From Ostreococcus lucimarinus (taxonomy: Eukaryota): a DNA stretch of 64,000 nucleotides. The translations under genes and the position numbers were made by a program. Below, in pieces: positions 22,401-33,646 of this stretch (position 1 is its first letter; every line of letters begins with the position of its first letter). The notes below the pieces were generated by a model. It had not been told where the DNA came from. It worked only from the letters and a program-made list of their open reading frames with translations, and searched no databases. The stretch is from NCBI GenBank assembly GCA_000092065.1, contig CP000594.1. One strand, 5' to 3'.

Positions 22401-25400
22401 TTTTCTCCTTCCGGGCCGTTTGAGCAAGTGCGTCTTAATCTAGGCGCTTCACACGTTGTTCGTCACAAGACTCACGATTTAGTCTTTGACAGTCAAAAGG
22501 GGCATCTTTTGAGCTATGTTTCGTGCGAAAACGAAACAGATTCTGATATATTCGTTGATGTTCATCCAGCTATGAAGAGAGAACTCACGACTTCTAATTT
22601 GGACATATCTCTGAGTGAGAAGTATGAGTCGCCGAGCGATGTCGCGGATATAGAAGTATTTGAATCGGAACGATATTACCCGTTGAGAGGATGGCGTGCT
22701 CCAAAAGACGCTATCGTAAAAGCTCGTTATAGCAGGCATAAAAGTGGACGAGGTTCGCAAAAACGGTTTCCAGACGTCAAAGCTCCAAAAGGTTTCAGAT
22801 TTGAAGGACCGTGGGAGCTCGACAAACCACCAAATCTGGTGAATGACGACGGTTGGGCGTACGGTGCTATTTGGCTAAGGAAGTGGCCACCGCCTCGTGG
22901 ATCAGACAAAAGTAAAGGTCGTGCAACCCGTCGCCGACGATGGTTTCGTCGTGTCGTTCGATTGAAATCAGCTGAAGAAATTGAATCGCGCGTTTCCCTT
23001 CATAACATGAAGCGAGATTTCATCGAAGATTGGCACGGCACGTTGGCGGTACACGGACGTCTTACGCTACCTTCTTGTTCACGAACCGAGTCCTACATGT
23101 TGGCGTTACGCACGGGGGCTGACGTCGCATCAATTACCGCTCCGTCGTTTACCGAGAGAGATGACGCGCTGGATATTCGTGACGTGTTATCAGAGCAAGG
23201 CAACTGTGCGCTTGCTTACAACAACCTGCACGATCACTTTCTTTTGGTCAAAGAAGAATTGTCGAATGATGTGCAAAGTAGCGCGATAGGTGCTATTCCA
23301 GGCGTCAAGATTCGTGTCGTTGCCCCTGTTCACGTTGTCTCATTGATGGATTGTCCGTCGCAAGTTGTTTTGTACGCCAATGGCGAAGAAAGAATTGCCA
23401 TGCATCTTGCCGCGAACGAAACGAAACGTATCACGGCGATCGATGCAAACTGTGATACAATAGAGGTGCTCGTGTCTTTGTTCGAAGATTATCTCAGCCT
23501 TAGTAACGACAGGCCGCTGCGTCTAGATGTCACCCCGGCTGGAAGTCCACCGGCGCCACAGGTAAACTGGTTGAACATCAAAGGCTATCCGTATGTGGTT
23601 TCTATGCTGTTGATGGAGACGTGTAGAACTAGAATGGCGGGTGATAAATTCAACGATGATCCTTCGCAGCATCTCTTGAGTCTGACGTATCGCAATGTGC
23701 TGATGGTTACAAATGCATCACCGATCGACATTAAGTGTTTGGCGTGGGTCGCTGGCACAAGTACGACAAACGCGCACATAGATGCATACGTTGGGGTACC
23801 CAAAGGCGAGTCGCAACCTGCCATGTTTCTGAAATCGAGTGCGAAAACCCTCGCCAAAGTTTCGAGCAAAGAATTTGTGCTCGGTTTTTGTATCGATTCG
23901 TCTCCAGTACTAGTGAAAATTTCACCAAGTTCTGAGCCCGTGATGTTTACGCTTATGACAGCAAGTGGGGACGAACTTGCCTTTCAATGTTCCGTAGTAT
24001 TATGGGAGGGTCAAAACACCAACGCCGCGACATGGCCAACGCTTGAAGTTGTTTTACAACCCGTGCTCGTGGCGATCAACTTGACTCGAATTCCTCTCGC
24101 GATTCGCTCAAACACTATGGAACACAAGATACTCGAGCCAGGTTCATATCCCACGCCGTTTTCTTTGGATATTAAGTCTTCGAAAAGCGTAGACGAAGTT
24201 GAAGCCGTGCTTAATCAAGCCGCGATTCAAATAGCGGATATGTCGTGTCATTCGGAAGGAAAAGATATACTTTGGAGTTCGCCGCTGCAGAATTTGGTGC
24301 GCTATTCTGGAGCGATGTGGAGCATCCCACAAGGTGCCTCCCCCTTGGCGGATGAAATTAATGCATTTAGAAGACTTGGAGGTATCGACGAGTCTGGCGA
24401 AAACGTAAATTTCAAGGCACCTATCATCGTTCAGTTTCTTGTCGAGCGCGGTGAGCACGGTTGCTTCAGGGTCTTTTTTAGGGGGGGCGACGGAGCATCT
24501 CTGCAGAAGGCGCCAATCATGATCAAAAACCATTTGCACGAACCTTTACTCATTCGACAAGTGAAAGCGAACGACTTTGAGGACGTAGAAAAGAAGTCGG
24601 TGCAAAAGTCCACCGTGCGACTACTGCAAGGTATTAAGAAAGCCTCACACGGCGTAGGACAGTCTTTTGCAATTCGCCCGTTCTCAGCGATATCTTGGGC
24701 GTGGAGCGTCCCAGGTATTCCTATGAGATTGGACAACTTGAAAAAACAGGAGCTCGAGGCAAACGCCGCGGAGCTCGCATTTCGAAAGCGGAAATTTTTG
24801 GAGATATCGAACAATACAGGGGATCACGTCATCATAGAGATAAACGCGTTCAGCTCGCGATTCAAGGGTTTCATGCACCTCGGCGACATGCAATTTGGAG
24901 AACTAGGCAAGCGCACGTTACACGCAACGATTATTGGTGAATGGCGTGACGCATCGTTCGTGATCTTCGTGGTTGATAAAACGATAACGTTTGACAACTT
25001 TTCTTTCACGACTGAAATGACGAATCAAGCGAAAGCATTGACGTTGTACGCGCGGCAGCAAGAAACGCACATCTCTGTCAATTTGGCTGGCTTCTCCGTA
25101 ACAATCATCGATCGCCTCCGCGACTCATTCGTCGAGTTATTCCATCTCACGATCGACGACGTGATGATCAGGCACGGAATCAACTTGAATCAACAGCAGT
25201 TCTGTCTATAGTTATCTCAGAATTGGTGCACTGCAGATAGATTTTAGCACGCATGACGCAAGCTATCCAGTCTTCGTTTGGCACGACCCGGCGGACGGGC
25301 ACTTGCTTGAAGCGTACGCTACTTTGAGTATGAATTCTCATATCGGTGGTGACTCGATCGATGTTTATCACGTCCAACTAACGACAACGAAGAAAGGCCT

Positions 25401-26739
25401 CGTGATTCGCGCCGGTGAAGATCTCGTCTGGACAATCTTGAACTTTTGCAGACTCCTCCAAACGCAACTTCCACAACGCAACGCTTCAGCAGGTTCCGCC
25501 ATCGCGCCACGCGAAACGTTTGTTGGAAAGCAAACCTCACAAGATAGTTTGCTGAATATCGCCACTTTATACGTGGAACCGACATCTTTTGTTGTCACGT
25601 TTGCTCCAAATTCCGATATCCGACCTGCAGACGCCGACGCTCGGATGATCGCCGCGTTGACGTTTGCAAGTTTACAGCGCCTGCATTTGGTGCTCAACAA
25701 ATTTGATAAATTCGATGAGAGCATACTTCGTTCGAATTTGATTCGCGAATTCCGAAACTATTTCAAGTCACAAATGATAGCGCAAACGCTCAGTGTCATG
25801 ACATCGATGCACACGCTGACAAACGTTTCCACGGGTCTAGATGCAGTGAGCAAGGCGGTCGAAACCGGCTTCGGCGTACTCGCGCCTTCTCGTACGGCGC
25901 CTTTGGCTCGTTTGCCATCTTCTGTCGTCGGCCGAGGAAGCAGAAGCGACGGTCAGGGCAACTTTGCGAAAAGTGTATTCGTTGGTCTGAAACGACTGGG
26001 GGGTGGTATTTCTAAGGGAATTATCGGCCTTTTCGTCAGCCCTGTAAAAGGTTGCATGGAAGGCGGCGTCGTGGGCGGGTGTAAAGGATGCGCTCGAGGC
26101 GTCGCCGACTTGGTAGCTAAACCGACCGCTGGCGCGTTAGCTCTCGCCTCAAAGACGGTCGAAGGCGTAGCCAATGCCGCTAAAGGCGTACAGACTGCCG
26201 CGTGGGACATCATCACCACGAATAATGTCTCAAAAGCGTGCATTAAACGCCTCCCCATCGCCGTGCGATCGGATGGCATCATTCGAAGATGGGATGCGCA
26301 CGACGCGTTGGGTGTTTATTGCATGCGCACATGCGTCGTGTCCAGTCGAACACTGGGCATTTCTTACTGTCCGGGCGTGAAAGACTCATTCTCCTCGATG
26401 CATGACATTTTCGGTGAATATTTGTTGCTTGTCACCGACAAGCGCGCGTTGTGCGTTCGGACGCCGGAGATGGACGGGGCCATGCCGGCGCGCGCGCCGA
26501 CTTGCGCGTGGTACATCTCTTGGAGTGATGTGAGCTCGATATGGATCGAAAACTCTGTGATCATAAAGTTGCAGATGAACGTCACGAGTGAGGGCGACAC
26601 TTCCAACCTGGGTGCGCAGAAGCGTGAAACCGAATCTTGTTTTTCGATTCGCGCTAGAGCCCAAGACGAGGCGGCGAACATCGAAGCCGCGATGCGTCAA
26701 AGCTGGAACGCCTACCTGGATACAACAGAAGAAGAATAG
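13431..26739 (+). CDS. VPS13: VPS13-like bulk lipid-transfer protein gene (~4,400 codons), split across five ORF segments in alternating frames: 13431..18008, 17899..20394, 20264..21634, 21558..25211 and 25303..26739
   Basis: N-terminal chorein motif (MVFERLLADQLNARLGRVLEGVDRDDVRVGVLNGDVRIRRVRV) follows a verified ATG at 13431. C-terminal ATG2_C-like motif GVVGGCKGCARGVADLVAKPTAGALALASKTVEGVANAAKGV is in the last segment. Middle segments carry repeated W/F-x-P-x-x-P-x-G-[YF]...G motifs (SYSIWRPVAPPGYAILSDV, LWRPIAPTGFVSLGDIA, FWEVIPPTGYVSTGH, TIWKPVPCAGFVSVGF, SFWKPIAPDGYVAVGNV), as in the DUF946/Vps62-like inserts of plant VPS13s. Segment junctions overlap by 77-131 nt or are separated by ~90 nt, which implies short introns or frameshifts. 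Confidence 0.8.
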
Positions 26740-26789
26740 AATCACAATTAATGATAGTACTAGCAGTAATTCGCAGTGCGCGCGCCGCG

Positions 26790-27491
26790 TCAACGCCCTA
26801 ACCCAATCTTTTTCAACAGCGATTTTGATTCGCTCGCGAGCGCCAACCTCTCCGTGAGCTCGTCAATCTCCTCCTCCGTGAGCTCCGTCTTCACCTGATC
26901 GCCGTCCGGCGATTTCCCTTGTATCTTACGCACGAGATAAATGATGGAATCCCGCTCGTCGTTCGCCTTACGCAGTCGCTCTTGAAGACTTTCCAACAGT
27001 TGCGTCTCCCGTTCGTCCGTCGGCGCTCGCGCCTCCCTCGACCCATCTCCCCGCTCATCCCGCGCCTTCGTCTCGCGCGTCGCCACCATCTCCATCGCAT
27101 CGTTCGCGCCTCCGCGCCTCGCGCTCCCTCCGTCGTCCGCGCGCGCCGCCGCGCCTCGCGCGCCGCCGAACCATCCGAATCCGCGTCTCCCCCTCGCCTC
27201 CATCGCCGCCGCCCGCGCCGCCTCCCGCGCCGCCTCCCGCGCCCGTATCCTCGCCTCGATCCGATCCCCGATCGACTGCCCCCCCCGCTCGCCGAACACG
27301 TCGATGTACGACGCGTACCACGCCCGCGGCGCCGCGCACAGCGTCATCAACCCGAGCGTCATCCACGCGATGCACGCCCTCGCCCGTCGCGTCCCGCGCT
27401 CGTGCGTCGCCCGCGCGTGTTGCGGCGTCACCTGCGCGTGTCTCGTCGGCGCCCGCGCGTCGCGCTCGCGTCGCTCGACGCGCGCGCGCAT
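26790..27491 (-). CDS. hypothetical protein with one predicted TM segment and a C-terminal coiled coil
   Basis: Verified ATG at 27491. TM-like MTLGLMTLCAAPRAWYASYIDVF. C-terminal QLLESLQERLRKANDERDSIIYLVRKIQ is coiled-coil-like. Convergent with the VPS13 3' end. Confidence 0.3.
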   Translation of the reverse strand: MRARVERRERDARAPTRHAQVTPQHARATHERGTRRARACIAWMTLGLMTLCAAPRAWYASYIDVFGERGGQSIGDRIEARIRAREAAREAARAAAMEARGRRGFGWFGGARGAAARADDGGSARRGGANDAMEMVATRETKARDERGDGSREARAPTDERETQLLESLQERLRKANDERDSIIYLVRKIQGKSPDGDQVKTELTEEEIDELTERLALASESKSLLKKIGLGR

Positions 27492-27899
27492 GTTTTCTTC
27501 GATTCGGCGCGACGTCGAGTGGCGCGCGTCGCGTCACTTCGCGCCATGTCGCTTCGACTCCGCTTCGCCGGCCGCGGCGTCGGCGGCGCGGACGACGCGC
27601 GCGAGCGCGCGAGCGACGATCGCGTCTCCTTCGGCGTTTTGCGGCTGTGCGTCGGTCGAGGGACGTTCGCGCGGTGGAAGAGCGTGCTCTTGCACTTTAA
27701 TCCGGAATCCGCGAGCGTCGTCGCGCGCGGACGCGCGAACGCGCAGAAGCGCGCGGTCGAGGTGCGACGAGCGAGCGCGCGACGCGCGACGAACGAACGC
27801 GCGACGCGACGAGCGAACGCGCGACGGCTCGCTGACGATGCGGGCGAAAACTTTAAATCGATGCACTTCATTCGCAGGAACGGTTATCGCCGTTTTTCG

Positions 27900-28754
27900 A
27901 TGTCGATGACGTTTGAGACGCGAGAGGCGTGCGATGCGGATCGAATCGTCGAGGCGCTGGCGCGCGTGGTGGTGGACGACGGCGCGCTGGGCGCGGAGGG
28001 GGAGACGCCGAGCGATTTTGAGGCGCGCGTGACGACGATGAAGGCGGACGTGGCGGCGCAACTGGACGAGGCGAAGAAAATGTACGAAGAGAGGGCGAGG
28101 ACGGGAGGCGCGCCGCGACGATTGACGCTGCGAGAGATGGATAGGAAGATGAGCTTCAGGGACGTCGCGAACGCGGTACGCGCGGACGCGGGAGCGTTCA
28201 ATTGGTACCTGGTTCGCGGAGACGCGAACGGCGCTTCGGAGGTGTTTAACGCCGGCGGCGGGAGCTTGGACGAGATGAAGAAATCGTTGGCGTCCGACGA
28301 GGTGTTTTTCGGGCTTCTGCGCATGGGTTTCGGGCGCGGCGCGTTTCGGCGCGTGAAGCACATATTCATTCACTGGTCCGGCGCCGACGTCAATCCTTTG
28401 AAACGCGGCCAACACAACGCGAATGAGGAGGCGATTCGCAAACTCGTCGGACCGGTGAATCTGAGCCACTTCGCGACTGAGATGGATGAGATGAATCTAA
28501 ACGATTTACTCGACAAGGTGAAAACTAAGGTGGTGCTGGACGGCGAGGCAATCGACGATGTGGAAGATCTGTTCAGTTTGGAATCGTACATGGTTTCGTG
28601 CGAAGACGACGCCGAGGCGATGAAGCGTGAATTTCCCGACGCGATACGTGAAGGCGACGGCGAGGAAGACGAGCAAGAACCAACGTTTGAAGAGGCTTTG
28701 GAGTCCGTGCGGGATAAGTCTCAGCCGTACAATTGGATGTTGTGCACGCTTTAA
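27900..28754 (+). CDS. ADF-H (actin-depolymerising factor homology) domain protein of the coactosin/Abp1/drebrin type, with ~100-aa N-terminal extension and an acidic C-terminal tail
   Basis: NWYLVRGDANGASEVFNAGGGSLDEMKKSLASDEVFFGLLRMGFGRGAFRRVKHIFIHWSGADVNPLKRGQHNANEEAIRKL matches the Abp1/coactosin ADF-H pattern (NW.L..Y.gs...l...GsGgl.el...l.dd.v.Ygf.r......K.vlI.W.Ge.v....kg....h....). In-frame ATGs are at 27861 and 27900. The long 5' extension of the ORF track (from 26919) is Arg-rich antisense noise. Confidence 0.5.
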   Translation: MSMTFETREACDADRIVEALARVVVDDGALGAEGETPSDFEARVTTMKADVAAQLDEAKKMYEERARTGGAPRRLTLREMDRKMSFRDVANAVRADAGAFNWYLVRGDANGASEVFNAGGGSLDEMKKSLASDEVFFGLLRMGFGRGAFRRVKHIFIHWSGADVNPLKRGQHNANEEAIRKLVGPVNLSHFATEMDEMNLNDLLDKVKTKVVLDGEAIDDVEDLFSLESYMVSCEDDAEAMKREFPDAIREGDGEEDEQEPTFEEALESVRDKSQPYNWMLCTL

Positions 28755-28794
28755 AGCCGGCGTTCTCTCCATAGCGACGCAAGGTACCGTAGTT

Positions 28795-28799
28795 TGTAA
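28795..28799 (+). promoter_or_regulatory. TGTAA polyadenylation-signal-like motif ~40 nt after the ADF-H gene stop
   Basis: gtagtttgtaaaacaattgaataaaag read directly. Confidence 0.3.
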
Positions 28800-28841
28800 A
28801 ACAATTGAATAAAAGTTAAAGTTAAAGTTGTTGTCACATTT

Positions 28842-31800
28842 CTAAACTTCGCGCTTCGACTTCTTGCCGCGTAAGATTCCCGCCGCCTTTGCTGATTTCA
28901 CGACGCCACCAAGCTGCGCGCGAGCGGCAACTTTTTTGCTATTGCGTCGATTCAAAAGTTTTGGATCAAGCGGCCAATACGCGTACGGCTCGAGCTTGGT
29001 TTGCTTCGAGTAGACGTCACCAGTCGTCTTACCCTTCGCCTTGTACAAATCAGCGCTGTGGCGCTCGTGCGTCGTGCGCTGCCGTTTGACACCGTTGGAA
29101 TTGTGCGTACCAACCGTACGCGAAGACTTGCCGGTAGCATTCGTCCGCGCGGTGGCGGCGCCTCGCGATTTACCAGTTTTGGACGTGTAACGTGAGCGAC
29201 CGCCTTCAGACGCGTTGTCTTCCTCTTCTTCGCGTCGACGCTTCGCGCCTTTCGCTCTCTTCAACAATCATGAGCTTGCCATCAGCGCCCGTACGGTAGC
29301 CACTGTCATCGTCATCGTCTTCGAACTTCACACGACGACGTTCTCCTTGCGGTAGCATCGATCGGCGCATGGCGCTATCGTCCAACAAATCAAGCGGGGC
29401 GTCGCCGGAAGCAGGAAGTCGTGCACCGCCCGTCGCGCGCTTCGCAGCCGCGGCTGCGGCGGAACGAGGACCCTCGCCACCACCTCGTCTAGAGGCTGGG
29501 GCAAAAGATCCTCCATCACGACCTCCGCGTCCACTTCTGCGCGATCGGCCGTCGTCGCTGTCGTCGCCCTCGTCGTCGCTGAAAATGTCGCCGTCGCGCC
29601 ATTCTGAACGTCTCGCCGTTCGCGTGGACTTGGCGCCGTGTTCACTACCTGCAACGGACGATTTCTTCTTCTTTTCTAATCGTGTCTCCTCGCGCTTGAT
29701 GTGCGCGATAAGTGCCATGTGTTCTTTTGGCATGCTCGCTTCGACGACTTCGTAACCACAACGTTTGCACATGCGTTCCAACACGACACGCACCTTGAGC
29801 TTGAAGCGATTCTTCGAATCTTCCGACCAATGCAACAGCGCTGGGACAAGTCGCGGAAGTTCGGCGGCGAGATCTTGTTGAGGTAGACGCACGACGACAA
29901 CCTTCACGAAGCCGAGGCACGACTTGACCACTTCGCGAGATTTTCCTTCGAGCAACGCGCACACTGCCGGTAAGAGTTCAGGAACGGTGGACACGAGCGC
30001 AGAGGAAAATTCGTAGAGCAAACGAGCGAGAGCCATGATGGTGGCCGATTGCATCTGAGGTGACGAGCCGACGATGCCAGCGAGCACGGTGAGGAAAAAT
30101 CGTCGAACGCCCACACCCATTTGCTCAGTCTCCATCGCCTCGTCGTCCTCCTCCTCTGTAGCCGCGCCGAGCCAGGCGGCGACGCCTGCGTTACCAGAGC
30201 GCGCAACTCCGCGTGCCGCTTCTGCATTCTTGCGCTCGATTGATCGTGGAATGCTTATCAAGAGCTGATACGCCAGCGTGCGCGTGCGCGCGTTGGTTTC
30301 TTTTGTGGCGAGAATGAGTTCGGAGAGAAGCACAGTGAGCGATCCAGTTTCGGCGATGCTCCCGGCACCGTCGCCGCCTTCCTCAGCGTCCGCCGCAGCG
30401 TCGCGTTCTTGAAGCGCTGGTAAAATCTTACCGATAACTTTCAATCGATACCGTCGCGCCGATGGTAAGCAACAATCAACGCCAGAAACGAGGAGCTCTT
30501 CGATTTCCGCCGCGCGCGGTTCAAGCCACTTCCCGTCTTGTGCCTCGCACAGCTCGTTGAGCAACTTGTATGCGCGCTTTTGAATCCACACTTTCCTTCT
30601 CCAGACACGCGGGTTTGGCAATTTTGTAAACCATTTCCAAGCCCTGATCGTCCAAGCCGGAAACGAGCGCGAAGACGAGATCCATGAAGGTGCACCTTCG
30701 TGCGGTCTTGTCGTCTCCGCCCTCCACCAAAGCGTCCGGCGCGCCCGGATCGTCCGCGGTCACTTTGACGAGTTTGCGCAGTACAGTCCTGAAGAAGCCG
30801 CCCAACTGCGCTTGATCGGTCACTTTTGCAAATGCACCGATTGTATGCGACAGCTCACCACGTCGTGACGTCGGTGACGAAACGAAGAGATTAAAAAGAA
30901 TGGGCAAAAAGTTCCGAGCGTACTTGCTCACCGCCGCGAGCTGCGCTTCGGCGATATCAACCGTGAAAGTCGCGGGCATTTGATCATCGTTGGGCTCACC
31001 CGCGGCGATTGTGGACGCACCGTCACCGGCTTCGTCGTCATCGTCGACTTCGTACACACCAGCGCCGATTCTTCCTTGACGAATCAAGCGCTTCAAGCCT
31101 ACGCAAATGGGCCCTTGCAAATCGATTCTCGAACTCAACGCATTGCCTAAATCCTTGGCAATCAACGGAAACGCGTCCGAGGCGTCGCTCGGCCAATTAG
31201 CAAACGCTGGAAACAGGCTCCAAAGTGCGTGCTCGGCGGCACCGCAGCGCTGCGCTTCGTACGAACTTTGAGAGTTTCGCGCGTGCTCGGCGCGAGCGCC
31301 CAACGCGCGCGCTTGCGGCAAAATGGCGTCAGCAAAAAATCCCATATTCGCTCCAACCAAACCAGAGCGCAACAACGGCACGAGCCAAAGTCGTCCAGTC
31401 TCTTGACTCGCTGCATTCATGACGTCTTGCTCGTCCACTTCCATGCCGTCTCCGTCGCCTTGACGGTTAGCGAGCTCGGCGTCGATGGCTTCTTCGAGTT
31501 TTAACGGAAGCGACGCGAGCACCTGCTCAGGACCTATGGCTTGAATCGCCGCCGTGATGCAGTCTTGCAGCTGTTGTTTGCACATCAACTCGCTCGCGTG
31601 CTCGCCCATCTCGCCGAGCGCGTTCAAAGTACCAGCCAAGATTGGCCCGGACGCGGGACCAAGGCGCATGAACGCGCATGTGGCGACGGGAATGGAAACA
31701 GCCCACGCGCCGCGATAGCGGAACCCGATCGCGGACTCAATGCTCGACGCCACGGACATCAACGTCGTCGGTTTGGACGGCGCGGACTTCCCCGCCGCTC

Positions 31801-33280
31801 GCGCAGATGCAATAGCCTTGATCCCTTCTTGCACCATACCGGAATCGATGCATGAGCGCACGAGCGAAATCAACGCTTCGGCGACCTCGGTCGCAACGCC
31901 CTCATGAGGCGACGCGAAGAGCTTCACGAGGGAATGAAACGTCGTCGGCAACGCTTTTGCAGAGGCTTGCGCGTCGATGGCGTGGAGCTTACACTGCGCG
32001 CGAGAGAGCAAGCGCGCCAAAGAAATCACCATCGTCGGCGCCGTGTTCAAGTTCGCATTCGCCACGGCGGCGATGGGCGCCATCAGCCCTACGATCGTGT
32101 CCGCGCTCACGCCTTCGCTGCCGTCATCGGCATCCATCGTGGGCGAATTTGCGAGCGCCAGAAGCGCTTCCGTGGCGTGTTGCGTGAGCAAAGGCTCATC
32201 CAAATCCAATAATCCCGCGCACGCATCCGCGCACGCCCCGCACGCGGGTTCGGCGAGTTCGGGCAACAAAACCTTCATCGCGCCGAGCATGTACAGCGCC
32301 TCCGTCGCCGCCGCCGTCGCGCGCGCGCGAGCATCTTTCGCACCCGCCGCACCTCGCGCCTTTTGCATCTCCGCCGCCGCGCGTTCGGGCGCCTCGCCAA
32401 TCTTTCTCGCGAACGCCGCCGTCATCTCCCCGTACGCCGCCGCGCGCGCCGCGTCCCCACGCACCCTTCGCACGACGTCTCCCAGCGCGTGCACCGCCGC
32501 CTTCCGCACCTTTGGCCTTCCATCGATCGACAGATTCAACGTCGCCTGAAACGCGCGCTTCCCGTGTTTCTCGCTCGTCTCTCCTCCCGACTCGCCCTTC
32601 GTCGTCGCCGCCGCCGCCGCGCACGACGCCAACAATCTCGCCACGTGTCGCATGCTCTTCGGCGACCTCTCGCTCACCACTCGTCCGCATCCCATCACCA
32701 CCTCGATCGTCCGCTCCATCTTCGCCCGTATCACGCGTCCATCGACGTCCGCCGCCGCCTCGGCCGCGCACGCGCACACCGCCTCGAGCGCCTCCAGCGC
32801 GTCCTCGCTCCCGTCCGTCCCCGCCCGCGCGCTCGCCCGCTCCAGCGCCCCGAACGCCGCCGCGAACACCGACGTCGCGTTCACTCGCATGTCTCCCTCC
32901 GCGATCGCGCGCTCGACCGCGTCGCACGCGCGCACGACGCGCGCCGAGCTCGCGCTCGCGCTTCGTCCGTGCGCGCGCCGCAACCGCTCGAGCGCGCCCT
33001 CGGGCGTCGCGCGCGCGTCGCGCGCGTCCGCGGTCGGGCGCGCGTCGTCGTCATCGCTCGACGCCATCGCGTCGAGCGCGTCGAGCGCGTCGAGCGTCGG
33101 CGCGCGCGCGAATGGCGTCGCGCGCGCGTGGCGGCGGATGGCGGCGATCGACGTCGCGCGCTCGATCCGACGCCGTTCGCGCGGCGCGCGCGGAGGGGCG
33201 CGCGCGAGCGTTTTTATCGGCGAGTCCGTCCGCGCGACGACGCGCGATGACTCGCGTCGCGTCCACGCGCGACGATTCAT
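28842..33280 (-). CDS. RRP12: RRP12-like pre-ribosome nuclear export / HEAT-repeat protein, in three ORF segments: 30521..33280, 29206..30621 and 28842..29267
   Basis: VSKYARNFLPILFNLF, SKNRFKLKVRVVLERMCKRCGYEVV (cf. human RRP12 SKNHFKLKVRHLLDRFVRKFGFELV) and GADGKLMIVEESE (cf. DGRLIIREEAD). The C-terminal segment has GKTTGDVYSKQTKLEPYAYWPLDPKLLNRRNSKKVAARAQLGGVVKSAKAAG (cf. [41 protein letters not shown]). Segment overlaps at 29206-29267 and 30521-30621 imply two short introns or frameshifts. N-terminal ATG candidates are at 33280 and 33067. Confidence 0.7.
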
Positions 33281-33646
33281 TCATTCGTGCATTCATTCAC
33301 GGTTCGCTGGCTACCGCTAACGCGCGCGCCGGCGCTGGCTATCGCCGATGCGCGCGACGACGCGCGCGCGATCACGCGCCCTCGAGCGTCGCCGCGCGCG
33401 CCTCGCGCACGGCGCCCGCGAAGGCGTAGAACTGCGCGACGCTCATCTCCATCTGCTCGAACCAACGCCCGTCTCGCGCGTCGTCGTCGCTTCGCGCGTC
33501 GTCGTCCTCGAGCGTCAGCCTGACGACGACGCGCGAGACGCCGCTGGCGTTCGTCTCGCTCGTGCTCGCGGTCACGGCGAGGCGCCAGGCGAGATCGACG
33601 CACCGCGGCGGCATGGAGTGCGGCGCGCGCGGGACACCGCGACGCG

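Noticed and set aside
26919-27860. N-terminal 310 aa of the 611-aa ORF containing the ADF-H domain
   Set aside because: Arg/Pro-rich noise antisense to the 26790..27491 gene. A real N-terminus with in-frame ATGs lies at 27861/27900.
27534-28469. 311-aa minus-strand ORF antisense to the ADF-H gene
   Set aside because: Arg/His-rich, repeats the antisense pattern. No recognisable domain.
32196-33429. Several 240-305-aa ORFs on both strands within the RRP12 5' region (32196..32927-, 32363..33250+, 32512..33429+, 32652..33320+)
   Set aside because: All are Arg/Ala/Ser homopolymer-like and overlap the RRP12 HEAT-repeat coding sequence, which has clear homology.
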